Under the pieces are notes generated by a model. It had not been told where the DNA came from. It saw nothing but the letters and a program-made list of their open reading frames with translations, and did not search any database. The position numbers were made by a program, and so were the translations under genes. A stretch of DNA of 56,314 nucleotides, taken from IMG/VR virus record IMGVR_UViG_3300032282_004923, positions 1-56,314 of that record; one strand, 5' to 3'. This DNA is from a virus (taxonomy: Duplodnaviria > Caudoviricetes). This document shows, one piece after another, positions 45,259-55,551 of this stretch (the first letter of the stretch is position 1; the number at the start of each line of letters is the position of its first letter).

Positions 45259-46287
45259 ATGAGCCACGAACTTGATTTCACAAAAGACAATACGGCCAGA
45301 ATGGCCTACGCAACCGGCCCAGGAAGAGCTGTCCCCTGGCATCGCCTAGGCGTTCCTATGAAAGGTCTTCAGACGGTTGACGCAATGCTTGCTGCTGCTA
45401 GCGCTGACTTTGACGTGCTTCTCACTAAAGTCGCAGCAGTAGATGACTACGGCAATCTAATTCGCAACGCAGATGGAACTGTATTGATAATCGATGACAG
45501 CCGAGCCACCGTTAGACAGAATAGTGACGGCAGCTTTGATGCTCTTGCTACTGTTGGCACCCGTTACGTGGTGCGTCAAAACCGCGAAGTACTGGAACGA
45601 GCCATTGCTGTTGTGGGAGCATCGGATGGAGATGCGGTAATGGACACAGTAGGTGTATTGCGCGGTGGTGCGCGTTTCTTTGCAACCATCGACCTTGGGG
45701 CAGTAGTTATTGACCCAATGGGCGTAAACGATAAAATTTCTAGATATTTAGTTGTCTCTACAGGGCATGATGGTGTTTGGCCAATTCGGTATGCAAATAC
45801 GGACATTCGTGCAGTATGCAACAATACCGTAGTACTTGGGCTAAAGAAGGCAGAAAGAGTCTTTACTGCTCGTCACACGAGAAATGTTGACACCGTAATA
45901 GAGGATGCGCGTACTGTTCTGCGTATCTCAACTAACTGGGCAGATGAATTCAAAGCCGAAGCAGAGAGAATGTTGGCAATCCCTGTTCTTCCTAAAAGCC
46001 GAAAACTATCGGAAGTCATTGACGGTGTATTCCCAATAGAAAAAGACCAAACATCTCGACAGAAGAAACATCGCGATGAAACCATTTCTAAAGTCCTTGC
46101 TATATACGGCAACGACCGCAATGCCGGTACTTATGGCTACAACGGTTGGTCTATCTACAACGCAATAGCAGAGTATTTTGACCATCATAGAACTGATGAC
46201 CCAATAGCCAATGCGATGTCATCCATGGATGACACTTCAGTAACTACCGTGAGGAAGTTGACTACACATCGCTTGGTGGTAAAATAA
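45259..46287 (+). CDS. DUF932 family protein
   Basis: MSHE...PWHRLG...Y...QN...HDG...IRAVCNNT...RHT. Confidence 0.85.
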   Translation: MSHELDFTKDNTARMAYATGPGRAVPWHRLGVPMKGLQTVDAMLAAASADFDVLLTKVAAVDDYGNLIRNADGTVLIIDDSRATVRQNSDGSFDALATVGTRYVVRQNREVLERAIAVVGASDGDAVMDTVGVLRGGARFFATIDLGAVVIDPMGVNDKISRYLVVSTGHDGVWPIRYANTDIRAVCNNTVVLGLKKAERVFTARHTRNVDTVIEDARTVLRISTNWADEFKAEAERMLAIPVLPKSRKLSEVIDGVFPIEKDQTSRQKKHRDETISKVLAIYGNDRNAGTYGYNGWSIYNAIAEYFDHHRTDDPIANAMSSMDDTSVTTVRKLTTHRLVVK

Positions 46288-46291
46288 CTAG

Positions 46292-46762
46292 ATGGGTTCA
46301 GACTTTTTCTCAGATGATTTTTTTGCATGGGAAGACGATGATGACGACTTCCTCCAAGCGACTGATGATGAAGAGTTTTGGACGGACGAAGTAGAAACTC
46401 GCTACGAGCACACTGCGCGTCAAATAAGCAAACTGGTGCAGATTGCCATCAATGAAGAAGGAACTCCAATCGTAGGTGAGTTCATGAAAGCCATAGAGAA
46501 CTGCATGGGGTGGCGCTTAGAGGTGGTGGCGGACTCTTCTTCCATAGATGACGTTCTGTTCCATGGCTATAACACTTACGACGAGCTTGGGTGGCTTCAT
46601 TACATGAATTCAACGCAGTTTCATCAGCTATCCCGCGACGTAACTCACATGGCAAACGCTGCAAGTATGGACTTTGTTAATCAACATATGGGCAACAAAC
46701 GCCCCATGCGCAAGAAGATTCGTAACATTCTCTGGAAACTTGTCAAGCGACTTGATTTTTAA
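46292..46762 (+). CDS. Hypothetical acidic protein
   Basis: ORF after TGGTAAAAT extended -10, probably leaderless. Confidence 0.7.
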   Translation: MGSDFFSDDFFAWEDDDDDFLQATDDEEFWTDEVETRYEHTARQISKLVQIAINEEGTPIVGEFMKAIENCMGWRLEVVADSSSIDDVLFHGYNTYDELGWLHYMNSTQFHQLSRDVTHMANAASMDFVNQHMGNKRPMRKKIRNILWKLVKRLDF

Positions 46763-46804
46763 TTGAATTATCCCGTATGCTCATTCCTCTAGCAGGGAGA
46801 GTAA

Positions 46805-47113
46805 ATGATTGGATTTCGCGTAGAACGTGATTTTGACCTACAGCCACCTAAGAACGGTGCATGCGTAGGACACCCAACTGAGTGGTGGTTCCCAGCAAAG
46901 GCTCCACGCCGACAAGACTGGATTAATATTCGTACAGCCCGTCAGATTTGTGAGAGCTGTGATGTGCGCGTAGAGTGCCTTGAGTACGCAATAGAAGCCG
47001 AAGAACATCACGGCATATGGGGGGCTATGGCACCAGAACAACGCAAAGTAGAGATTCGTCGTCGGCGCAAAGCTGGCCTAATGGTCCGGAAGCGTCATGT
47101 CATCAATTTCTGA
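46805..47113 (+). CDS. whiB: WhiB family transcription factor
   Basis: GAC...WWFP...ARQICESCDVRVECLEYA...HGIWGA. Confidence 0.92.
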   Translation: MIGFRVERDFDLQPPKNGACVGHPTEWWFPAKAPRRQDWINIRTARQICESCDVRVECLEYAIEAEEHHGIWGAMAPEQRKVEIRRRRKAGLMVRKRHVINF

Positions 47114-48896
47114 ACCAGTAGATAAGGTACTTTCGCTCCTAGATGGAGTACGCGAATCAGGCAAAGACCAGTGGATGGCGCGCTGTCCTTGTCGTAACGA
47201 CGATTCAAACCCTAGCCTCGCTATCGCGCAAGGTGAAGATGGAACTGCATTACTCCATTGTCATCGAGGCAACGCTTGTTCCGTTGATGAGATATGCAAG
47301 TCCATCGGCATGACGCCACGTGAACTTTTCACAGAGGATGAAGATTGGAAGCCAGTAGCGCGACCACGCTCTGCAGGAAAGATTGAGACGCTTGCATCAT
47401 CTGCAAAAAAGAAGATGGGCAAGAAGATTGAAAAGGTTTACCCGTACACAGACGAAGAGGGAACTTTATTGTACGAGAAGGTTCGTTTCCGTTTAGACGA
47501 CGGAAGCAAGTCTTTTGCTAATCGCCAGCCAGATTCATCACGTTCAGGTGAATACATCTGGAACCTCAAGAACCCACCAGTGCGTCGTGTTCTTTATCGC
47601 TTGCCAGAGCTCAACGATGCAATATCAAAAGGAGAACCCGTATGGCTTGTTGAGGGTGAAAAAGACGTTGACACACTCATGGACCTTGGCATCTTTGCTA
47701 CAACAATGGACAGCGGAGCAGGAAAGTGGGAGCAGTCTTATACCGATACTTTAAGTAACGCTTATGTAGAGATTATTGCTGACAACGACGATGTAGGACG
47801 ACTGCACGCGATGCATGTGTCAGAGCGCCTTTTGGCTGCCGGTGCACGTGGGTGCAACATATGGGTATCAAAACACGGCAAAGATATCACTGACCACTTG
47901 ACTGCAGGTAAGACTTTTGACGACCTAACCGCACTAGATGCATATGACCTACCAGATACTGTTCCTCAACTAGAGATAGATGATGGAGAGCCAGCAGCAG
48001 AAGACAAGCTACTTGAACAGATTGCCGACGTATTTGCCCGTGACAAGTTGACGCTTACGCAAAAACTCAATCGTGCGTCATTGTTAATCAACTCAGCAGG
48101 GGTTGAGGAAGCGCATAGCACTGGTCGAACAGTTAAGTGGCAAGAGTTTCTACAAGAAGTAGACCAAGATGTATATGAGTGGGTTATTCCAGGATTGCTT
48201 GAGAAGCGCGAGCGTGTCATCGTCGTTGCTGCAGAAGGTGTTGGTAAGACAATGCTCGCACGACAAGTTGCTATCTGCGCAGCCGCAGGACTACACCCGT
48301 TCACTTTTCAGCCAATGAAGCCCGTATGTACTTTAACTATCGACCTTGAGAACCCTGAGCGCATTATTCGCCGCACAACTCACAGCATTATGCATAACGC
48401 CGTAAAGAAGTCTCACGCAACTGACGTTCTTGCTCATCTGCACATGAAGCCAGACGGTATTGATTTATGCTCCGTCAAAGACCGCACTTATATTGAAGAA
48501 CTTGTCGACCGTATCAAGCCAGAGATACTTTTCCTCGGCCCTCTCTACAAGTCCTACGTAGATAACGGAACCCGTTCTAGTGAAGCAATGGCAGTAGAGG
48601 TTGCTAAATTCCTAGACACTTTGCGTGATGTGCATGGATGCGCACTATGGCTAGAGCACCACGCACCACTAGGGACATCCATGGCTTCCCGTGACTTGCG
48701 ACCATTTGGCTCATCAGTGTGGTCACGTTGGCCAGAGTTTGGCATCTCTTTAACCCCAGACCCAACAGCACTGAGTGGGTATGAATACAACGTTGGTCAC
48801 TTCCGTGGAGCGCGTGATAAGCGCCCGTGGCCTACCAAGATGGCACGTGGCGTAGAGCTGCCTTTCGTAGTATTAGACTATATGAAGGTGGATTAA
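47097..48896 (+). CDS. Primase-helicase (Zn-binding domain, TOPRIM, RepA/AAA_25 helicase)
   Basis: CPC.ND..PSL...HCHRG; VEGEKD; DND..G; KDITD; AEGVGKT; HH; GSS.W. Confidence 0.9.
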   Translation: MSSISEPVDKVLSLLDGVRESGKDQWMARCPCRNDDSNPSLAIAQGEDGTALLHCHRGNACSVDEICKSIGMTPRELFTEDEDWKPVARPRSAGKIETLASSAKKKMGKKIEKVYPYTDEEGTLLYEKVRFRLDDGSKSFANRQPDSSRSGEYIWNLKNPPVRRVLYRLPELNDAISKGEPVWLVEGEKDVDTLMDLGIFATTMDSGAGKWEQSYTDTLSNAYVEIIADNDDVGRLHAMHVSERLLAAGARGCNIWVSKHGKDITDHLTAGKTFDDLTALDAYDLPDTVPQLEIDDGEPAAEDKLLEQIADVFARDKLTLTQKLNRASLLINSAGVEEAHSTGRTVKWQEFLQEVDQDVYEWVIPGLLEKRERVIVVAAEGVGKTMLARQVAICAAAGLHPFTFQPMKPVCTLTIDLENPERIIRRTTHSIMHNAVKKSHATDVLAHLHMKPDGIDLCSVKDRTYIEELVDRIKPEILFLGPLYKSYVDNGTRSSEAMAVEVAKFLDTLRDVHGCALWLEHHAPLGTSMASRDLRPFGSSVWSRWPEFGISLTPDPTALSGYEYNVGHFRGARDKRPWPTKMARGVELPFVVLDYMKVD

Positions 48897-48897
48897 C

Positions 48898-49551
48898 ATG
48901 GCTCAGTCTAAAAACTTAACAAGAGAGTTCCTTGCAGAGCGCGATTTGCGCATCTTTAAGCTTCGTCAAGCCGGTGTACCCATGAACGAAATAGCCCGCA
49001 GGTTCGGTATTGCGACCAAAACTGTTGGTACTTCCATCTCTAGGCAGCTAGAGAAGATGAACAGGGAAGCTTTGATGGCTTACCCAGAAGTACTGCGCAT
49101 GGAGCTAGAGCGCCTTGATGCGCTTCAGCAAGCAATCTGGCCAATGACTCAACACCGTAAGGTAGCAATGGATGATGGCACCGAAATGCAAGTAGAGCCA
49201 GACCTGAAAGCAATCCAGCAAGTCCTTGCAATAATGGATAGACGCTCCAAACTCCTCGGTATGGAGCAAAACAACGTGAACATTCAGATGGACGTCAGCT
49301 CTAGTATCCCCATTCGTGCAACTCTTGCAGGTTCTATCCAGCAATCCGTAGGCCAACAGTTTAGTCCGGAAGCAGAAGCTCGTAAAATGCTTGAGCTTAT
49401 GGGTAAGTCTGGGGTTATGCCTAAGGATTACGTAGATGCAGTTCTTTCCCGTGCTGTTGGTGAATTATCACCCATTATTGATGCCGAAGTTGTGGGAGAC
49501 TCTGAAATAGAACTATTCGGTGAACCCGTAGATGGAGAAGAAGATGAGTGA
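48898..49551 (+). CDS. HTH protein, possibly terminase small subunit
   Basis: LRQAG....EIARRFG; ELERLD.L...IW...AI..VL.IMDRRSKLLG. Confidence 0.55.
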   Translation: MAQSKNLTREFLAERDLRIFKLRQAGVPMNEIARRFGIATKTVGTSISRQLEKMNREALMAYPEVLRMELERLDALQQAIWPMTQHRKVAMDDGTEMQVEPDLKAIQQVLAIMDRRSKLLGMEQNNVNIQMDVSSSIPIRATLAGSIQQSVGQQFSPEAEARKMLELMGKSGVMPKDYVDAVLSRAVGELSPIIDAEVVGDSEIELFGEPVDGEEDE

Positions 49552-49858
49552 CGAGCAGGACAACATTGAGGCGGCTATGGATAAGGTAGCAAGCTCTATG
49601 AAGCTGACCCGTAAGAGTAATACCGGCTCGGTGCCAGGAGAACCCGCACAAAAGCAGGTAATGGTGAGAGCCACCGAGGCCGACCATGACAAGTGGAAAA
49701 AAGCTGCAGAGCGCGAAGGCAAATCAATGGCTGAGTTCATCAGAGATGTGTGCAATGAAGCAAGCAAGGAAGCCCTTGAGTGTCGTCATCCACCAGAATT
49801 CAGAAAATCATACCCGTGGTCTGAGTTTTGTTTGAAATGCAACCATAGAATACGCTAA
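49544..49858 (+). CDS. Ribbon-helix-helix-like protein
   Basis: VMVRAT...WKKAAEREGKSMAEFIRD. Confidence 0.7.
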   Translation: MSDEQDNIEAAMDKVASSMKLTRKSNTGSVPGEPAQKQVMVRATEADHDKWKKAAEREGKSMAEFIRDVCNEASKEALECRHPPEFRKSYPWSEFCLKCNHRIR

Positions 49859-50109
49859 TGCTTAATCAGCCCAGTATTAATTTCATCAATTATAACGAGT
49901 TTATTTCAGGGGTGATGGCGCAAGCTGAAACCCTAAAGAAGGAGCATGGGTGGAGATATGGGCAGGCGTTTTTTAATGTTCTATTTGAAGAGCGACCAGA
50001 CATAGCACAAGCTATACACGGTTCAAGTCTTGACCCTTTCTTTAAGCATATAATTAGTATTGAAACCTTAGAGAAAATACAAGAGATGTACCAAGCGGAG
50101 GAACAATGA
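49858..50109 (+). CDS. Hypothetical protein
   Basis: WRYGQAFFNVL...DPF. Confidence 0.7.
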   Translation: MLNQPSINFINYNEFISGVMAQAETLKKEHGWRYGQAFFNVLFEERPDIAQAIHGSSLDPFFKHIISIETLEKIQEMYQAEEQ

Positions 50110-50426
50110 GCCAGGAACTAAACATTACGGACTTTGAGTCGTTTATTAATCAATCCGACAAGCCAGTAATAGTTGACTTCTGGGCACCATGGTGTGGCCC
50201 GTGCTCGATGTTTGGACCCGTAATTGACTCCGTAGGCCAAAAGCACTCATCAAAGGTTGTTGTTGCCAAGGTAAACGTTGACGAAAATATGGACCTTGCT
50301 ATGAAGTACAGCGTGATGAGCATTCCTAGCGTTTTGGTCTTTGTTAATGGGCGCGTAGCTACTACTATTGTCGGCGCGTATCCAGAAGCAGAGTTCGTAG
50401 AAAAGATAAAGAAATATCTTTCATGA
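50106..50426 (+). CDS. trxA: Thioredoxin
   Basis: VDFWAPWCGPC, KVNVD, SIP. Confidence 0.95.
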   Translation: MSQELNITDFESFINQSDKPVIVDFWAPWCGPCSMFGPVIDSVGQKHSSKVVVAKVNVDENMDLAMKYSVMSIPSVLVFVNGRVATTIVGAYPEAEFVEKIKKYLS

Positions 50427-50461
50427 TTGCTTTCTGCGTTTAGGCGCATTAGTATTTCAGC

Positions 50462-51019
50462 ATGGCTAAAAAACCTTCAACAGAAGAATGTTTTTTCCAA
50501 AAAGTACAAAAGACAGACTCTTGCTGGCTTTGGAATGGTTCTACCAACGCTAAAGGTTACGGGTCTTTTGCCGTTAATCGCAAAACCACCCTGGCTCATC
50601 GGTATTCTTATGTTCTTCACAAAGGTGAAATACCCGAAGGCTTAATAATCTGTCACACCTGCGATGTCCCTGCATGTGTAAATCCAGAACACCTATGGGC
50701 TGGTACTTACTCAGATAACGCAATAGATATGGTTAGTAAAAACAGGCACGGCAAGTCGAGTAAAAAGCATACACATTGCAAGAAAGGTCATTCTTTCGAA
50801 GAGTTTGAACCACTTGTCTACGTAAAAAAACAAGGTAGACAAATTGGAAAAGAATACAGAATATGTAAAGAATGCAAGCGTATAAGCAGCTCGGAAAGAG
50901 GAGGCAGTGAATACCTTGAAAAGATGCGTGAATATCATCATAAAAATCGTGACAGAATAAACGAAGCGAAAAGAAAACGATATCATGCTAGCAAAAATAA
51001 AGAAAACCCCTTGCCCTGA
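50462..51019 (+). CDS. HNH endonuclease
   Basis: CWLWNG...GYG...AHR...HTCDVPACVNPEHL..GT..DN..D; THCKKGH. Confidence 0.92.
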   Translation: MAKKPSTEECFFQKVQKTDSCWLWNGSTNAKGYGSFAVNRKTTLAHRYSYVLHKGEIPEGLIICHTCDVPACVNPEHLWAGTYSDNAIDMVSKNRHGKSSKKHTHCKKGHSFEEFEPLVYVKKQGRQIGKEYRICKECKRISSSERGGSEYLEKMREYHHKNRDRINEAKRKRYHASKNKENPLP

Positions 51020-51086
51020 TAGCTCAATTGGACAGAGCAACAGACTTCTAATCTGTAGGTTGTAGGTTCGATTCCTGCTCAGGGCG
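51013..51086 (+). tRNA. tRNA-Arg (anticodon TCT)
   Basis: GCCCTGA/TCAGGGC acceptor stem, D arm, ACAGA-CTTCTAA-TCTGT anticodon arm, GTTCGATT T loop; CCA not encoded. Confidence 0.93.
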
Positions 51087-51101
51087 CGATATGCTTTATG
51101 C

Positions 51102-51293
51102 ATGCCAATACAGAGCGAAGACATAATAATCCTGCGGTGTTGCAGAGATTGGCCCGTACATGCCCATAGCGCATTTGGACGAATGGGTAGATGCGGCGTG
51201 TGCAGAGAAGTGCCACAACCAGTGTTTGAGTTATACCCTGAGGAGGAGTTCGCTCGCAATAAAGCTGGCTACACTCCCCCTCCAGAGGTTTAA
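51102..51293 (+). CDS. Small Cys-containing hypothetical protein
   Basis: CC...CGVC. Confidence 0.45.
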   Translation: MPIQSEDIIILRCCRDWPVHAHSAFGRMGRCGVCREVPQPVFELYPEEEFARNKAGYTPPPEV

Positions 51294-53215
51294 CGTACCG
51301 GACAAGCTCCAGTAGCACAGTCGTCTAGGTCGAGAATTCCACCCGTAGCTGCAAACAGCGGAATATTAAAATCAATCTTGGACAATAGCTTCTCGTATAC
51401 TTCCTTTGTTATCTCCTCATATGGGGGAAGCGGGAAGTTGTGGTCTGCGTGCAATAAGAAGGACACGCTCTTTACTGCTGTGTCGTAGTTCTTTGCTAGC
51501 CATTCTTGTATTGTTGGCAGTTCTTCCTTGCGGTAGTACACAGTGACTGACACTGCGTTGTCTGCCCACTCTGTCTGAAGTTTTTTTACCCACTCAAGTT
51601 GTTCCAGTGCTGTCATATCTGCCGCTAGAACTGCACCCGTAGGCGATTGACATGGAAACTCAACAACGTAACGAGTGTGGTCTTCGCGTCCATCTAGGCC
51701 AAGGTCCCAACAAATCTTGTATCCACGCTTACGACAGGCCTCTACGAGAGGGTCTGCTGCACCAAAACGAACACGGCGGATGTAGTACTGCGCGTATGCG
51801 GGGTGAATACCTGGCGTCACTCCTGGAAGTAGCGAAAGTGTTCCTGAGGGTTGAACGGTGGTAAGACGCACTGATTTAGGAAACCCGTACTCTGTTGAGT
51901 AGTCAACATCAAGTGCGCGAAGGAACTCATAAGCAGGAGAGAGCCATGCAATTTTCTCTGGCTCACACTGCAACACACCCGTAATGCTTTGTCCTAAACG
52001 TGCATTCTTACGAACAATCTCTGTTGTCTTTTCGTACGGATACGAGAGACGTGTAATGCTCTTCTGAACGATGTATAGGAGTTCTGATATCTCGCAAAAC
52101 TGTTCAAACGATTCGATGTTTGGTAGGAAGAGCGTAGATAGGTTGCACGATTCGCCATCACCAAGAGCAATCTCTGCACATGGATTGAATCCTTCGATTG
52201 TGTTATCTAGACGACGTTCTCCAAGGCGTCCTTGCGTGCGCGCGAGACGACGATTGACCAAACCGTATGGTTCTCCTGAGCCATCGTATCCCTTCCAGAG
52301 TTCGGGAAGTATTTCATCAAAATGGTCTGCATAGATACTGTTGTTGGAGTTTGCACGATATGCCGGAACGTTACCCGTAGACCAATTCTTTGCACGGATA
52401 AACAACACATCGTCAGGGTCACCAATAGCAATCTGTGCAGAACGACGAGACGAGCCAGATACTACGATTTTGCCAATGATGTTGCAGATGTCAAGCACGT
52501 CGATGCTGCGAAGCTTCTTGCCTTCGCGATTCTTCATTACTTTGCAGATGTCTTCTATGCCATCAATCAGTGCACCTGGTCCAGATGCTGTTCCTCCGAA
52601 AGTCTTAAGTGGTGCACCAAACTCGCGAATCAAGATGGTGGAATACGAAAAAGACTTACCCGTGTCGAAATATGACTTCAATACGCTGTGCAAAAGACGA
52701 CGCCATCCAGTACGTGAGTCTGGAACGATAATGTCTGCATCGTTAGAGCGTTCATGCGAGATTGTTACATTCGGTTTTACTTTTGGAAGTTCGTGTATCT
52801 TTGAGCGCTCAACAGAGAAGCCAACGCCTCCACCAAGCATAAGGTAGTCAAATAGAAGCTCAAAGTCTTCTACCTTTTCTATGTTTGTGAAGTAGCAGTT
52901 ATTGAGGGATGTTCCACTGAACTCTTTAACAAGTGGGGTACCTAACTGCCACAATGCGCGACCTGAGAGCGAGCAACGCAAGTGAAACATGTGGTCAAAG
53001 AGTTTTTCTGCCTTAACTTCAGATAGTGGAGCACCAATGTCAATGGCTCCATCTATCGCCCGTACGATAGTTTCAATCCATGTTTCATTACGACCAAGTC
53101 CTTCTATCGGACGGCTATATGTACGCAGATAAACGACTTCTCCAAGTCCACCAAAACCCCAAGGAGTTTGTTTTTGTGAATAGGACAAAATGAATTCGGG
53201 GGAAAAGATTGACAT
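51290..53215 (-). CDS. nrdJ: Adenosylcobalamin-dependent (class II) ribonucleotide reductase
   Basis: NNC, GGGVG, RRSAQ, NPCAE, TVQPSGT, C-terminal CATGACPVR. Confidence 0.93.
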   Translation of the reverse strand: MSIFSPEFILSYSQKQTPWGFGGLGEVVYLRTYSRPIEGLGRNETWIETIVRAIDGAIDIGAPLSEVKAEKLFDHMFHLRCSLSGRALWQLGTPLVKEFSGTSLNNCYFTNIEKVEDFELLFDYLMLGGGVGFSVERSKIHELPKVKPNVTISHERSNDADIIVPDSRTGWRRLLHSVLKSYFDTGKSFSYSTILIREFGAPLKTFGGTASGPGALIDGIEDICKVMKNREGKKLRSIDVLDICNIIGKIVVSGSSRRSAQIAIGDPDDVLFIRAKNWSTGNVPAYRANSNNSIYADHFDEILPELWKGYDGSGEPYGLVNRRLARTQGRLGERRLDNTIEGFNPCAEIALGDGESCNLSTLFLPNIESFEQFCEISELLYIVQKSITRLSYPYEKTTEIVRKNARLGQSITGVLQCEPEKIAWLSPAYEFLRALDVDYSTEYGFPKSVRLTTVQPSGTLSLLPGVTPGIHPAYAQYYIRRVRFGAADPLVEACRKRGYKICWDLGLDGREDHTRYVVEFPCQSPTGAVLAADMTALEQLEWVKKLQTEWADNAVSVTVYYRKEELPTIQEWLAKNYDTAVKSVSFLLHADHNFPLPPYEEITKEVYEKLLSKIDFNIPLFAATGGILDLDDCATGACPVR

Positions 53216-53280
53216 TGCACGCTTTCTAAGTAGATGACTAAGGAAATAAAGTTTACCTCAGCTGAGTTGGCGATGTCAGT

Positions 53281-53586
53281 CTAGGAGATGCCTAACTCTT
53301 TTGCACGCTCAAGAGTTATATAACTTCCTTTGTGTGCAACTACTACTTTTACTTTAGTGAAAGGGGTTATCTGTCTTTCTTCGTAAAGAGTTTCTTCAAC
53401 AAGAATCATCTGAGCGTTCTTTAGTGTTTCAATAACACTGTCAGCAAATGCTATGTGTGGCGGTTTAGTTGCAGTATGACTTGACACACAGTCACCCGTA
53501 GGGTGATTACAGACTGGACATGCAGACCTATCAGCTCTAAGGACAGGAATTCCATCTAATACTGTGTCATCGTAGAACTGGCTCAT
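53281..53586 (-). CDS. Hypothetical protein
   Basis: CPVCNHPTGDC. Confidence 0.7.
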   Translation of the reverse strand: MSQFYDDTVLDGIPVLRADRSACPVCNHPTGDCVSSHTATKPPHIAFADSVIETLKNAQMILVEETLYEERQITPFTKVKVVVAHKGSYITLERAKELGIS

Positions 53587-53612
53587 AAAGCAATTCTACT
53601 GTAAAGAACTAT

Positions 53613-54014
53613 TTAGTTCTTGAACCAGGAAAGGAATCGCTTGCGAAGATTCTCTGGCTTGATGTCATTAGCGTAAATAACTTTACCATTGACAGTCGCT
53701 GATACGTTCGTTGTGCTGGTTGTTGTATTCTGGAATGTGTCCCAAAGTTTCTCAGCAAAATGTGCATCTTCATGTAACTCTTGCGCAGATATGCCCGTGG
53801 CCTTTTTGGGCGCTTGCTTCTTGGCTGCAGTCTTCTTTGCTGCTGTCGTCTTGACAGCGGACTTTTTGGCTGTAGCTTTCTTGACAGGTGCTTTCTTAGC
53901 AGGAGATTTCTTGGCAGGCTTCTTCTTGGTAGGAGCTTTAGCTGCTGTATTCTTAGCAGCAGTCTTCTTTTTAGGAGCTGCTGTCTTCTTTGCTGGGGTC
54001 TTCTTTGTTGCCAT
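53613..54014 (-). CDS. Lys/Ala-rich histone H1-like protein
   Basis: PAKK/AAKK repeats over the first ~70 aa. Confidence 0.8.
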   Translation of the reverse strand: MATKKTPAKKTAAPKKKTAAKNTAAKAPTKKKPAKKSPAKKAPVKKATAKKSAVKTTAAKKTAAKKQAPKKATGISAQELHEDAHFAEKLWDTFQNTTTSTTNVSATVNGKVIYANDIKPENLRKRFLSWFKN

Positions 54015-54037
54015 GCTTGACAGACTAGTAGGCTGAG

Positions 54038-54739
54038 GTGCCTACATGGCGGAAGTATGCTGTATTAATGCCCGTAGCCAATGGGGGAAGTTTCACTGGG
54101 AGACAAGTGCGATTAGATACAGAGTTTCCACATCGCCTTGACAAGGTGGCTATGGCGATGCTCTCAGGGATGGCTGTCAAAGAACAGATTGTCAAAGAGT
54201 TTGGCATAGGCGAAGATGCCAATATGTGCATCTACTGCTGGAAAGACAACAAGGTAATGCTGCTGCTGAACATGATGTCATCCACTCAGAAGCTGGAACC
54301 TATGACTCGCTTTGAGAGGGTCAACAATGCTCTATGTATAGCAAGGGCAGGCTGGGGGGTAGACGCTGTAACTATGGTAGCTGAGGGGTGGTGCAGCACT
54401 AATCCTGAATACACCAAGGACAGGGAACTACAGGTAGCTTTCCTTGATAAAGACTCACCCGTACGCGAATGTCTGACTATCACTCACTTAGAGGATGGCT
54501 CTCTCACTTTCTTAGCAAAGCCTTACAAGCTAGGTGTGCCTAGGGCTGTGCTCTGGGAAGAGGAGCTCTACTTTCCTAATCGCACAATGGTAAGAGGACA
54601 GGAGGGCTTCTATCCTCGCCTCTTCGAGAAGGTGCTGACAGAGGTTAGCTACAAGACTCCACCTCCTGACGAGGACACCTACTACTCTGAGCTAGGTGAT
54701 GGACTGCTGAAGCTTGGCTTTACCTGCGAATGGTTCTAA
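54038..54739 (+). CDS. Hypothetical protein
   Basis: 233 aa ORF; start uncertain. Confidence 0.7.
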   Translation: MPTWRKYAVLMPVANGGSFTGRQVRLDTEFPHRLDKVAMAMLSGMAVKEQIVKEFGIGEDANMCIYCWKDNKVMLLLNMMSSTQKLEPMTRFERVNNALCIARAGWGVDAVTMVAEGWCSTNPEYTKDRELQVAFLDKDSPVRECLTITHLEDGSLTFLAKPYKLGVPRAVLWEEELYFPNRTMVRGQEGFYPRLFEKVLTEVSYKTPPPDEDTYYSELGDGLLKLGFTCEWF

Positions 54740-54764
54740 GCCAGCCCGTGGCCCTTTTGTGACT

Positions 54765-55238
54765 CTATAGAGCAAAGTGACTAGGGATAGACGAGTCACC
54801 TCTGTGTACGTCTCTATCGTAGGATACCAACGAAGACTGGATAGGTGACGTGTATGTATAGGACACTAGCTCTTTAGGCAATGCTCCTACTAGTGCAGCA
54901 CTAGCGTCACGTTCATTGGTTTCAAGAAGAGACTTATCTAAAGCGCTTACATCAACAGCAAGTATGCATGCGTGATTGTGTTTTTTCCTATCGACTACGA
55001 CTGTCTCTTTGCCTTCTTTGACAGACGTAGAGATGCCTTTGAATGATACGAAATCACGTACTGCTATGAAACCTGCTGCAAACTCAGGCTTATTACATAG
55101 ATGAATGAAACCATCTTCTCCTGGCTTTAAGCCTTCATCAAGGATTGCTTCTATTGAGTCAGGAAAGCAAGCATGATAAAGGACTTGTTGGTCGATTGGT
55201 TGGTTGTCAAGGTGTTCACTGTTCATGGTCTGCATCAT
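54765..55238 (-). CDS. Putative ADP-ribosyltransferase-fold protein (Tpt1/DUF952-like)
   Basis: LYH...IEAILDEGLKP...IHLC....A...IL.VD. Confidence 0.55.
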   Translation of the reverse strand: MMQTMNSEHLDNQPIDQQVLYHACFPDSIEAILDEGLKPGEDGFIHLCNKPEFAAGFIAVRDFVSFKGISTSVKEGKETVVVDRKKHNHACILAVDVSALDKSLLETNERDASAALVGALPKELVSYTYTSPIQSSLVSYDRDVHRGDSSIPSHFAL

Positions 55239-55551
55239 AGAACAAGTTCTGTATATCTGATTGTATATATTGACATGAATGCCTATTTTGCCAGTCTCGA
55301 ATCCTAGAACTAGAACATGCCAGAATGCTTAGTTGCTAATTTGCCAAAAAGTTTAATTGCATGTTTAATTGCATGAGGTATCGCGATGATGAGAAAAAAA
55401 CACACAGAAGCCCCGACTCTAAACTTTCTGGTGAGTGTGGGTGTGTGTGTGGGGGTGCGTGACACATTTTCATCACCATCCATTGCAGATAGATTTATCC
55501 GAAACTTCCCCAGTGGTTGCAATATTCCATTTGACCGGTACTATTGTTCTT

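Noticed and set aside
55351-55375. Tandem GTTTAATTGCAT x2 in a divergent intergenic region
   Set aside because: Only two copies with no support elsewhere; a possible operator but not supportable.
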